Shown: one piece after another, positions 39,396 through 50,319 of the stretch
Layout: every line of letters starts with the position of its first letter
Numbering within the stretch: position 1 is the first letter of the stretch
Source: Tubulanus polymorphus
Taxonomy: Eukaryota > Animalia > Nemertea
Assembly: GCF_964204645.1 (NCBI RefSeq)
Contig: NC_134027.1
Coordinates: 7,596,485-7,660,484, forward strand
Length of the DNA stretch: 64,000 nucleotides
Reading direction: 5' to 3'
Notes under the pieces: model-generated
Told to the model about the DNA's origin: nothing
Databases searched by the model: none
What the model saw: the letters and a program-made list of their open reading frames with translations, nothing else
Position numbers and translations under genes: made by a program

Positions 39396-42077
39396 GATGG
39401 CGAATCCTTTCTAGTTTGACACCGTAACGTGGTACATGTATATCGTTCTCATATTCGAGAAGCATGAATTGGTCAGTGGTGGTCAGTGATGGTCAATTTA
39501 TGAATTCTCAATATTTATGGCGAATCCTTTCTAGTTTGACACCATAACGCGGTATATAGTTTTCAAATTCAAGGAGTTTCAATTTGTCAGAAGGGGTCAG
39601 TGATGGCCAGTTTATGAATTTGCAATGATTCTTCAGTAGTTTGAAAACAAACATGACTTGAAAAAAATTTCCGAAGTCAAGTGGTTAGACTCGGGGATAT
39701 CTCAATTGGTCAGTTTCTGACCATCATGGTGTCACCATTGTGGTCTATAGCTCAAATGAAACATGTGGAACCGACGAATGGGCCCAAAAGCGTAAGTCAT
39801 TTCCTGATTTATGTGATCCAAAAATGCCCTAACTGGAAAAGGCAGTCTCTCAATTGGACGAAACCAAATCGGACAGGACAATTAAAATTTGGGAAGACCA
39901 CAGGCAGTGGTCTTTTTTAACCACTTGAAACTGTCAGATCAAAAATCATACCGCATCCCCGCAAATAGGGGTAGTTCAGCAAACCGGGGTTTTCATTGGC
40001 CTCTCTAGACTACCCCGCCAGTACGGGTAGCCGAGCAAACCGGAAAACTCATAATGGGGTTCAGACGGGCTTGTCACAATTTGATGGAGGAGTCGATGAT
40101 ACCAGTATCCCTATATAAAAAAGATTCTTGATTATATAGGGATATTGGCCTATCATCCATCCTCCATCAAAATTAATTGTGACAAATTGTGGCAGTCCGG
40201 CATTGTATCAACAGTGGTCCTGATTTTATTGCTGTCATCCACTAGGTTCTGTAAATATCCCTACCTAGCCCTGGTGTGACACATGGTCCGGTACTACAAG
40301 GTGGGATTCTGGCAGCGCGGCTCTCTCGGGTCGTGTCTCGATCTGCGGACTGAGAATGCATGAAATTTTTTATAGGCGGGCCCCTGACTCCGAGATGAAA
40401 GTGTGGAATGGTTAAGACTATGATTTTGGACATCTAACACCATTGCACTCATTGGTAGTACTCATAATCATTGATTAAATAGTCATGGAATTTTACACGA
40501 GGGTTTTCCGGGCACTTCTATTTGTTCTCGATCGGCAACTAGTTAACTCTAGTTCGACTCAGTTAGCGCTACTCTCTTTTGTCTTTAGTAACTGGCAGAT
40601 TTGTCAGTTATTGATGCCGCCCGGCACATCCTGTAGGTAGGTGATGAATGTGAGGTGTTGGAGCCCTGGTTTGCGTTCCCCGCGCGAAGGCACGTAGGGA
40701 CGAGTGTTTCCTGGCTGACTCGTCACCTATCGTTCTCGGCACGTGACCGGCGAAGGAGAGCTGAAAAGCTTTCGGACATTAGTTTTGTTCCATACCAGGT
40801 TTTCATCTCCGTTCTCTCTTTTCTCTTATTTCAGGTTACCCATAAGAAGGCGATGACGAAGATACCAGCAAGATGACGAAGAAGAGATTCCAGAGATTCA
40901 ACCGACACTGGGATCTGACAACAGCCCGTGAAGACGCCACATAAAGCTAAGTTGATTTATTATTCTTGGGTTATCATCGTGGCCTGACGGATAGCTGCTA
41001 GGGAGATTGGGGATGCCAGTGAAGTTCGGCATCTCCGTCCAATATCTAACAGCAAATGACGTTATTGGTTCCAAAATTTCCAATTGTGTACTTCGATTTT
41101 TGCAACAAATTCTGTAAATTTGATCACCGATCACACAACTATATCTGTACTTCGATTTCCGAATTCAAAATCAAACCGTTTCACTCTCAGCAGGTGTAAT
41201 GGGTTTGTAGTAACCGTCTACACCAAACACTGGAGTGTTTAAGATCTCCTAAGGCCTCCCCCTGAGTCCTCTCTCCTTTAACCCCCAATAATCATCATAC
41301 TTCTGTCGTCTCTGATTTTTCTATTTCCAGGTCTGCTCGAACTCCGTCAACCCGACGTCGAGGCACCGCCGAATTTCCAATTAAGAAGATTCTGTAAACT
41401 CGATCGCCGATCACACAACTATATCTGTACTTCGATTTCCGATTTAAAAACTTAGACAAAATTCTCTTTTACCTTGTAAACTTTCGGAACTACATGAAAA
41501 AAAGACCAAAGAATTGTATAAATTAGACAAAATTATTCAACCTTGTAAACTTTCGGACTAATTTACATGAAGAAGACCAAATATTGTAAAATTATCTTCA
41601 ACCTTGTGATATAGTTATTGCCAAAATCTCGACGGGGCCGATTCAAATCAAACTCAAACAACCAACCAACTTAAGAGATCCTCGCCGATAATGAACCCAG
41701 CAATCGTAAAAGGTAACTTGATATACATGAAATTATTACAATTAATTCTGGATGAAATATTTGTATTTACAGGATATCTTTGCTTTCTCATTTCAGAATC
41801 CCACCTTGTAGTACCGGACCATGTGTCACACCAGGGCTAGGTGGGGATATTTACAGAACCTAGTGGATGACAGCAATAAAATCAGGACCACTGTTGATAC
41901 AATCCTACCGTATATGAAACTGCCGCGCTTGAGATCAACAACTCGTTTAAAATCTGCCGATTGGAGAACAGCGCACAAAAAAGGCCAATTTGAATCCAAT
42001 TCAACAACCGACCAACTTACGAGATACCGATAATGAACCCAGCAATCATAGAAGGTAACTTGATATACATGAAATTA

Positions 42078-43993
42078 TCTTATATAATCTTATATAATGA
42101 TACTGAATTGTTGTACCGACTGCTCCGTCGTTACTGGATGTATCGCCCTGAAAATTTGCCCGGTGGTAGATCTAGTCTTTTATCGCTTGGTTTCCATGGA
42201 AAATGTATTTTTGAATTTATGTGGTGGGCCATTTACCAAATTTTTGTAGTCTCTCCTACTGTTCACAGAGGGCGCATGGGTCTGCTGGCATTCGCCAAAG
42301 CAAAAAAATATCTATATGACAAGGCAATGAGAGCAATGTTCTCGGTAATACAAAAAGGCAGACGCTCGAAGCTCCCGATAGATGTTTTGCTGAAACTATT
42401 CGATATGTGCGTCGCACCCGTTGCGTTATATGGTTGTGAGATATGGGGCTTTGAAAGCCTCGACTTATTAGAGAGTCTGCACTCTACGTTTTGCAAAATT
42501 ATTATGAAAGTGTCAAAATATTCGCACAACCTGCAGGTATTAGCTGAACTTGGGCGGTACCCCATGAGTATCGAGGTAAAACGGAGGATGGTAAACTTTT
42601 GGCTTAAAACTGTTACCGGCAAAGAATCAAAACTTAATGCAATCCTGTACCGTATATCCCTCAATCTGTATGTACGCGAAAAACACAAATCCCCTTGGTT
42701 ATTGTATATAAAGAAAATATTTGACGACATTGGCTTATCTTACATATGGTTACAGCAATACACGGAAAATTATAAAACGCTCTCCAAGTACGTGAAACAA
42801 GTCCTCCGTGACCAACACGTACAAGAAATGCTTCAAAAAGTGAATGACGATCAGCAGTATGTTAATTTCAAACTATATAAGAACGATGTTAGGCTTGAAA
42901 AATATATAACTCAACTTGACGGAAGTCTTGTGCATAGCTTATTCGAATTCAGAATTGGTTCCTATTTATTACCGGTAAATAATCGATCGAACGCTCATAT
43001 AGACCGAAGTGAAAGACTGTGCCCTGCCTGTAACACCGTAGGAGATGAGCTTCACTTCATTTATGACTGCACTTTGCTAAGTGATCTGCGTGATAATTCC
43101 ATCCATTTAAGTATGTCCAGAAACTTGGAAATATTAAGGAATCCTACCCCACAATTAGCTAAATTTATCCAGTTAGGTTTAAGTTTATACAAATCCCTCC
43201 AGTGAATTGTGTATATACGTGTGATATATCTTGCTGTATATAATTCAATCTCTGTACTTGCTTTGTTTGTAAATAGTTTTATTACTGAAAGTTTGATATT
43301 AAATTTTGTTAATTCCTATTTTGTTTTGTATATATGTATATAATTCTGTTCGTGTTTTGTAAATTTTTATATACCATATTTTGTATTCAATCTTGCCTCC
43401 ACGTACCATTCTTATGGTTGGAGTGAAATAAATATCTTATCTTATCTTATCTTATCTTATAGCCACTGACTTGAGACAGCCACTGTTGTCACTGTTGTCA
43501 CAGTTGATACAGTACGAGTTACTGCTGAGCCGGGTCATGAAACAGTTTTTCAAATGTAACAGATGATAGTAAATGAAAAAGCAATGAACCCGCTTACTTT
43601 TACCTACGAGGCACTGCCGCTGGTTCAAAGCAATACACTCACTGAAGTCAGCAGACTGTATTGGGCGTGTTCAAATCTTCTGAGTACTACGTAAAATTCA
43701 TACATTGTGAAATGATCATATCGGTACTTCACATATTTATTTCTATCTATTGTTCTGTTACCTTGGGCCTCCCAGGGGCGGAAGAAATTTTCAGTATGTG
43801 ATTAAGGGCCCCAGTATCCTCGGGCACAGGTCAAGTCGGTCCCGAGATTCCGCATGTTCTCTTTGGGCACGGGTGATCACACGAACATAATAGGCCACTT
43901 TAAATGCTCCTACTCAATTCACTTGCAATGAATAATAAGTTGGAAAGTTCTACGTTTAAAAATCACCCGTGGTTTCCACGGGCTTTCTACTAG
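42078..43993 (+). mobile_element. Non-autonomous Helitron carrying a nested LINE fragment
   Basis: 5' TCTTATATAATCTTATATAATG. 3' hairpin CCCGTGG-TTT-CCACGGG (43966-43982) followed by CTAG (43990-43993). Inserted between A and T with no TSD. Removing it restores GAAATTA|TTTCGATTAATTCTG, matching the paralogous empty site at ~41730. Confidence 0.85.
42285..43460 (+). mobile_element. 5'-truncated non-LTR retrotransposon (RTE-X/CR1-L2 group) inside the Helitron
   Basis: ORF2 C-terminus (KAMRAMFS, LYGCEIWG, AELGRYP, FRIGSYLLP..RLCPAC..GDELHF..C), stop at 43205, 3' UTR, then AATAAA plus a (TCTTA)n tail. Confidence 0.9.
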
Positions 43994-44530
43994 TTTCGAT
44001 TAATTCTGAATGAAATATTTGTATCTACAGGATATCTTTGTTCTCTCATTACAGCTTAATCCTATCTATATGAAACTGCCGTGTTTGAGATCAACAACTT
44101 GTTTAAAATCTGCCGATAAGAAAACAGTGCAAATAAGAAGCATTTAATTATCAAAATCTACGCACCGGTCCACATTACTGATCTGATATATATATCCGGC
44201 ATCTTAACCTACCGTCATTAGTCTGAAACAGTGAGGAACTAATGCTACTACTACAACCAATTATTGGGGGTCGAAACTAATGTCCAATAATACACTATAA
44301 GACAACCAAGGAGAAAACCTGCAGATTCAGCTGCCACTGAGACTGAAATGATCTGACGACAGCCCCCAAAAACACCATAGCATTGCATTCACCAACCAAT
44401 GACAAAGAGAAGATCTGAGCCGATACTGAACATAGCAATCGTTAAAGGTAACTTGATTCGAAACGAGTCGTCGTGAAGTACAGACGTGTTTTCGGCGCTC
44501 TCCGTGAATACAATACCAGCACAGTAAACA

Positions 44531-45580
44531 ATGGATCTTCAACAAGCTAGAACCTTCCGATACAACAACATGATGGCAAAAGACTTTAAAAACTTCTTGC
44601 TCGTACCAAAGATTCGAGTACAATACAGCAAATTGGACATAAACCAGATTTGTGAAATTCTACACAACGACCGAACATCGAGTGAATGCATCGAAAAAGT
44701 TATTGATTTTAACCCGTACAATGTCGGTGTATTCTGTGGTTCATCCGACAAATACGATATTTTGAAGAAACATACAATCAGTCACAGAGGAGCAACAGTA
44801 AGATTTAGATCAGCGCTTGAAACTCCAACAATTTTAAGAATAGAAGGTGTCCCGACCGACTGCCCACATGATGTAGTTGACAGCATCATAAAACGATATG
44901 GAAACATTCTGACAGGGTCTTATCACCCAACACTTGGCAAAACAAACTTCCGTAACGGTGAGAAGCGAGTCCTGGAAGTAGTTATTTCCTCGCCGATCCC
45001 GAGGAACATTGCTTTAGAATCAAAACTTTATGGACTTTTACTCATCCGAGTATACTACAACGGTCAGCCAGATCACTGCGCGATTTGCGGAGAATTCAAC
45101 CACACGTGGGTTGAATGCCAGGTTACGTGTTCGCATCCGACACACACCCCGGATCGCTGCAGACAAATTCATCATCGACAGAATATGGCTTCGCAAAGTA
45201 TAAGGAAGACCAATCCAACACCAGCAGAAGCAGCAAGCACTACCAGTAAAGTTCCAGATACCAGGGTTGTGGAAACTGTCGCGGCCAAGACCAACTCGAA
45301 ACCCGAGGAAACCAGGAAGAGACCGTCCTCTCCTACTGAGCTGCCGCAGACACCGAAGAAGTCTCAGAGGATCCCTACATCTACCACTGACAATGAGGCT
45401 CCGGTAGCCACGACAAAAAAACCACAGACGCCAAACAAAGACGATGAACCCGCGATGGATGATGGAAGCGTGGCTACGACCGAACCCGCGAAAACGAGTC
45501 CACCACAAGTGAATCGGACACAGAAGAAAACTCAACCCAAAACCGGGACAGCAAAGCCAAAAAACAAGAGAACGACCTAA
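44531..45580 (+). CDS. Tx1-type ORF1 (RRM-like region, CCHC zinc knuckle, disordered basic tail)
   Basis: ILRIEGVP..RYGNI..RNGEKRV..IRVYYNGQPDHCAICGEFNHTWVEC, with a second partial knuckle CSHPTHTPDRC. Confidence 0.9.
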   Translation: MDLQQARTFRYNNMMAKDFKNFLLVPKIRVQYSKLDINQICEILHNDRTSSECIEKVIDFNPYNVGVFCGSSDKYDILKKHTISHRGATVRFRSALETPTILRIEGVPTDCPHDVVDSIIKRYGNILTGSYHPTLGKTNFRNGEKRVLEVVISSPIPRNIALESKLYGLLLIRVYYNGQPDHCAICGEFNHTWVECQVTCSHPTHTPDRCRQIHHRQNMASQSIRKTNPTPAEAASTTSKVPDTRVVETVAAKTNSKPEETRKRPSSPTELPQTPKKSQRIPTSTTDNEAPVATTKKPQTPNKDDEPAMDDGSVATTEPAKTSPPQVNRTQKKTQPKTGTAKPKNKRTT

Positions 45581-45621
45581 GGTGATGTATATTTTCCACT
45601 TATTATGTAGGTACTGAAAAC

Positions 45622-48600
45622 ATGGCGAATACATTAGGACGTATTAGATTATTATCACTCAATTGCAATGGCTTAGCCTACTCTAACTCTCGAACTATAA
45701 GCATTTTTGAAAAACTTAAGCTGCACGATATCTTCTTACTACAAGAAACCCATTTATCTAGTGACTACGAAATTCAAAAGAAATTTAAACCCTTATCGAG
45801 GAATTTTGAGATATTATCTAACTTTACGAATGAGAGAAAATGTGGAGTAACTATTGGCATTAGGAGATCTTTAAACTATTCAATTTTAAGTAACTCAACG
45901 GACACACAAGGCAGGTTAATGGCTTTGAAAATCTCTATATCTGGTCAAATTTATAACATTGTCAATATTTACGCCCCGAATAAAGAGCGCGATAGGAAAA
46001 ATTTTATAAACAATATCAGTAATTATCTCAACCTCAATCAAAATGAACATACAATAATAGCTGGAGATTTTAATTGTATAGAGAGTCCTTTAGATCGAGA
46101 ATCAACATCTGCCAATTCGTCGAGTATAAGAAGTGGTTCAGAACAATTAGCAAACTTATGTCAACAATACAGATTAGCAGACGCCTACAGACTTAAAAAT
46201 CCAGACACACCAGCATACTCTAGAGTAGCAACACGAAATAACAATGTAATTAAAACAAGAATAGATCGATTTTATGTATCAGACACTCTACAGCCAGACA
46301 TAGAGCATGTGAAACATGTCAACTCTATTCATTCCGATCACAAGATCGTCGAATTAGTAATTAACTCCTCTCAAGGTAAACGTGGCAAGGGATACTGGCA
46401 TCTCAACAAAGAACTACTGCAGAACCCTAATTACATCACTATGATAACAGACTTTTGGACACAATGGCAAAATCACAAACTATTCTACGACTCAATTATT
46501 GAATGGTGGGAAGAGGGCAAAATTCAAATAAAAACCAGATCAATAAAATTTGCTTCAGAACTCAGAAAAATCAAAAACAATCTTAAGAAATCTTTAGAAT
46601 CTGAATTATTCATTCTCGAAAAACTTTCTGATTTAGGGGTAAACACTAACCAAAATCAAATTGAATACCTTACCAAACGTATTCGCGACTTCGAAATTGA
46701 AAAAGCAAAAAGTGCAATGATTAGATCAAAGATCGAGTGGAGAGTATTCGGAGAGAAGACAAGTACTTTCTTTGCAAGTTATGAAAAGCAACGCGCTAAA
46801 GCGAATCACATCAGAACTCTCAAAAACGATTTAGGTGAAATTAAAACTGGTCAAAAAGACATTGAAAAAGTTCAACTTAATTTCTATAAACACCTATATA
46901 GAAAAGAAGAAATCGATTTGGAAACCCAAAATATATTCCTGGCTAATCTACCTCAAATCTCTAATCAAAAGAAACTTCAGCATGACTCCGAAATAGATAT
47001 CAACGAATTAACAAATTCGGTCAAATCTTTTCAAAATAATAAATCTCCCGGTATAGACGGTCTACCTATTGAATTTTATAGAACATTTTGGTATACTCTC
47101 CGAGATGACTTTCTGCAGTTAGTACACGCGTGTATACAAGAAAAGAGACTTTCTAAATCAATGCAAACCGGCATTATATCATTAATTCATAAGAAAAATG
47201 ACAAAACAGACTTAAAAAATTGGAGACCAATCTCATTACTATGTACAGATTACAAAATATTCACAAAAGTTCTCGCTAACAGACTAATCAACTGTCTAAC
47301 AGACATAATTCACCCTGACCAGACATGTAGCGTGAAGGGACGTCGAATCCAAGACAACGGTCATATAATTAGAGACTTAATTGATTACGTTAATAATGAT
47401 AATTTAGAAGCATTTTTAGTAACCATTGATCAAATGAAAGCTTTCGACCGCGTCGACTGGCAGTATATGTTTAAAACTTTAGAATCTTTCGGTTTTGGAG
47501 AAAATCTAATTAAATATATCAAAACTTGTTATTCAAATCCAAAATCCAGAATTAAAAGTAATGGCTTCTTAACTAAACCGTTCACTTTAGAAAGAGGCGT
47601 AAGACAGGGATGTCCCATGAGCGCAATACTCTACATAATAGCAGCAGAACCACTAGCAATTAAAATACGTGAAAACAACAACATTAAAGGAGTAAAACTA
47701 CCGGACGACACAGAAATTAAAATCAAGCAATACGCAGATGACACTACATTATGTCTCACTGACTTAGAGTCTTTAGACCAAGTTTTTACAACGTTAACCC
47801 TTTTCGAACGAGCGTCAGGTGCAAAAGTTAATAAAGATAAAACTGAATGTATGTGGATTGGATCCTGGAAAAATAGAAACGATAAACCTTTAGACTTAAA
47901 TTGGAAGAAATCAATGAAAATTTATGGTATTCATTTTGGCAATGAAAATACTGATGATTTAAACTGGAATCCAAAAGTTAATAAAATTCAAAATATAATA
48001 AACCTCTGGCGCCAAACTAAACTATCTTTACACGGCAAAAAGGTCGTCATAAACTCATTTATATTACCGCTTTTATGGTACACTTCCGAAATATTTCCAG
48101 TCCCGGACAAGTATATCAAAATCTTTGAACCAAAAATCGTCAATTTCCTATGGGACAATGGAAAACGACTTGTCGGCAAAAACATACTACACAAAAAAAT
48201 CGAACACGGAGGCCTCGACATACACAACATAAAATACAGACAACAAACACAGGCAATTACAACGATCATTAACCACGCTCTAAAACCTACACACTGGAAA
48301 CCACTAATTAACTACAATCTGCAAAAATACATTGGCCCTGGCTGGAATATGTCAAACATCATTCACAATGAGCTACCTAAAAAAACAATTTCAAACGACT
48401 ACTACAGACATTTATTAAAAGCATGGACAGTTTTTCAACAACATCTGACTTCGACTGAAACCATTACTGAAATTTTGCAGAAACCTATTTTTGGCAATCC
48501 AAAAATTAAGCTCAACAGGAAAACTGATTTCACACAGTACATACAACACGGTATAACCAATTTGCAACATTTATTTGATAATCGTGGCAATTATAAACCA

Positions 48601-49437
48601 CTTAATGAAACTCCGTTAACAAATAGATTAAAACACACACGTATACACAATGCGATACCGCAACATTGGAAACTAATTATATCTGACCAAAATTTAGATC
48701 CTGGCGAGTTACCGAAAATCTACGTCCAGTTTGATAACATAAGTTGTGCTGTAGGAAAAATTTCATCATCTCAAATTTATAGAATTTTATTATTAAAAAA
48801 TCTCCATCAAATCACGCCAATTGGACAAACAAAAATTACTGAAATGCTAAATATGGATCTGAATTGGCCGGAAATTTGGAATGAAGTTTATAATAAAGAT
48901 ATTGATAAACGGTTTAGTGATATTCATTGGAAATTACTACATAATACTCTTGCAACAGCTTCAAAATTAGTACTTTGGAAAATAAAAACTGATCCAAATT
49001 GTAAAATTTGCGGACGCGCGGCAACAAATGACCATGTAGTATACTCATGCACAGAAGCACAACAATTATATTCACGCATACAACCAATCTTTGAACGCAT
49101 AATAGACACACCTATACGAATCACTCGAGACATCGTCTACACAGGAATTACCAAAACAATAGAAAGAGACTTTTTCAAACGCACACTTGCGAACTATCTT
49201 TTATTTCTCGCACAATTCATTTTGTACAAGAATCATTACAATCTAGAACAGGGCTCTGGTCGCATCAACACTATAATTTATTTCAAAAACGCACTTATAG
49301 ATCGCATAAACCAAGAAATAATACTGCAACGAAATCTTCATATTTGGAGTCTTAACAATATATTTATAAACCTAGACGTAAACGGACTAAATACAGTAAA
49401 CAGAATCACAATTGACACTATCGATGTAGTCTATTAA
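45622..49437 (+). CDS. Tx1/L1 ORF2: APE endonuclease, reverse transcriptase, C-terminal zinc knuckle
   Basis: Motifs SLNCNGL, LQETH, NIYAPN, GDFN, RIDRFY, SDH, KSPGIDGLP, NWRPISLL, GVRQGCPMS, YADD, CKIC..NDHVVYSC. 1271 aa, uninterrupted. Confidence 0.97.
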   Translation: MANTLGRIRLLSLNCNGLAYSNSRTISIFEKLKLHDIFLLQETHLSSDYEIQKKFKPLSRNFEILSNFTNERKCGVTIGIRRSLNYSILSNSTDTQGRLMALKISISGQIYNIVNIYAPNKERDRKNFINNISNYLNLNQNEHTIIAGDFNCIESPLDRESTSANSSSIRSGSEQLANLCQQYRLADAYRLKNPDTPAYSRVATRNNNVIKTRIDRFYVSDTLQPDIEHVKHVNSIHSDHKIVELVINSSQGKRGKGYWHLNKELLQNPNYITMITDFWTQWQNHKLFYDSIIEWWEEGKIQIKTRSIKFASELRKIKNNLKKSLESELFILEKLSDLGVNTNQNQIEYLTKRIRDFEIEKAKSAMIRSKIEWRVFGEKTSTFFASYEKQRAKANHIRTLKNDLGEIKTGQKDIEKVQLNFYKHLYRKEEIDLETQNIFLANLPQISNQKKLQHDSEIDINELTNSVKSFQNNKSPGIDGLPIEFYRTFWYTLRDDFLQLVHACIQEKRLSKSMQTGIISLIHKKNDKTDLKNWRPISLLCTDYKIFTKVLANRLINCLTDIIHPDQTCSVKGRRIQDNGHIIRDLIDYVNNDNLEAFLVTIDQMKAFDRVDWQYMFKTLESFGFGENLIKYIKTCYSNPKSRIKSNGFLTKPFTLERGVRQGCPMSAILYIIAAEPLAIKIRENNNIKGVKLPDDTEIKIKQYADDTTLCLTDLESLDQVFTTLTLFERASGAKVNKDKTECMWIGSWKNRNDKPLDLNWKKSMKIYGIHFGNENTDDLNWNPKVNKIQNIINLWRQTKLSLHGKKVVINSFILPLLWYTSEIFPVPDKYIKIFEPKIVNFLWDNGKRLVGKNILHKKIEHGGLDIHNIKYRQQTQAITTIINHALKPTHWKPLINYNLQKYIGPGWNMSNIIHNELPKKTISNDYYRHLLKAWTVFQQHLTSTETITEILQKPIFGNPKIKLNRKTDFTQYIQHGITNLQHLFDNRGNYKPLNETPLTNRLKHTRIHNAIPQHWKLIISDQNLDPGELPKIYVQFDNISCAVGKISSSQIYRILLLKNLHQITPIGQTKITEMLNMDLNWPEIWNEVYNKDIDKRFSDIHWKLLHNTLATASKLVLWKIKTDPNCKICGRAATNDHVVYSCTEAQQLYSRIQPIFERIIDTPIRITRDIVYTGITKTIERDFFKRTLANYLLFLAQFILYKNHYNLEQGSGRINTIIYFKNALIDRINQEIILQRNLHIWSLNNIFINLDVNGLNTVNRITIDTIDVVY

Positions 49438-50319
49438 TTACTTAACCTAACGCCTTTTATTAGTTTAGTACACCTACATATCCTGACTTTGACACTTGAG
49501 GTATGTTCTGATTTAGAATGAACAGGGATGACGGTCTATCAATGCGCATAGAACTGTCTGACCACTTTTGTCCTATATCATCACATACGCATAGATACCT
49601 TATTGTTTCTGGTTTTGGACTGTAAACTCAGTCTCACTGCCGCGATAACTGGAAAGCTGCCTCCGTTTTGGCTTCAGGATAGCAAGCTCAGTCTATTTTT
49701 GTGCAGTGGTGATTGGAAGGTTGCCTCCTGACACCGGTCTCATTAAGACCTACCAAAAAAAAAAAAACCTAATTGTGACAAATGATTAACTGGGCGTGCC
49801 ACCTTGGTGATCACTGACGGTCTTCCATTACGCTAGCACTGTCAGATAGCCGCCAGAGTGGCATGCAATTTTTTGATCATGCCTGTAAATAAAACCCGAT
49901 CAAGACTGTACATATGTATCATTGTATTAATCAAACTCGCGTGCCTGTGTCGCTTTCTTACTGACGGTCTATCAATGCGCATAGCACTGTCTGTTTGATC
50001 GCGACGCATCCACGGACCTAACTATGCACTGTATATTAGAAACACAAAACTGCTCCCCGTGTACAACTTTTACTTTTAGGCAAACTCAGCACCAGATGTG
50101 AAGTACCAACTGCACCCCTTGACGGAGAAACCTATCCTCATCGGAGCGTGCACCGTCGATGTCATACAACTACACTTCGGATACCAGGACCAAACTCTCA
50201 TCTGGATAATTTGCTTTTCAAAATGTGCTTCCGTTTTATCTAGTCAGCACGCGGGACAATCAACTTAGAGGATTTTTACACCAACATCTACCCGAGGAAA
50301 GGCTACAATAAACATCCGG

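Larger units (their letters stand above)
44460..49767 (+). mobile_element. Full-length Tx1/L1-clade non-LTR retrotransposon
   Basis: Short 5' UTR containing AGACGTG, intact ORF1 and ORF2, 3' UTR, and A13 at 49755-49767. Related sequence continues to ~50315. No TSD seen. Confidence 0.92.

Noticed and set aside
42033-42284. N-terminal ~85 aa of the 390-aa ORF as a real protein domain
   Set aside because: It is a translation of host intron plus Helitron 5' sequence fused to a truncated LINE.
49528-49563. SECIS-like ATGA...TGA hairpin in the Tx1 3' UTR
   Set aside because: ORF2 has no in-frame TGA, and the ATGA is not kept in the other two hairpin copies.
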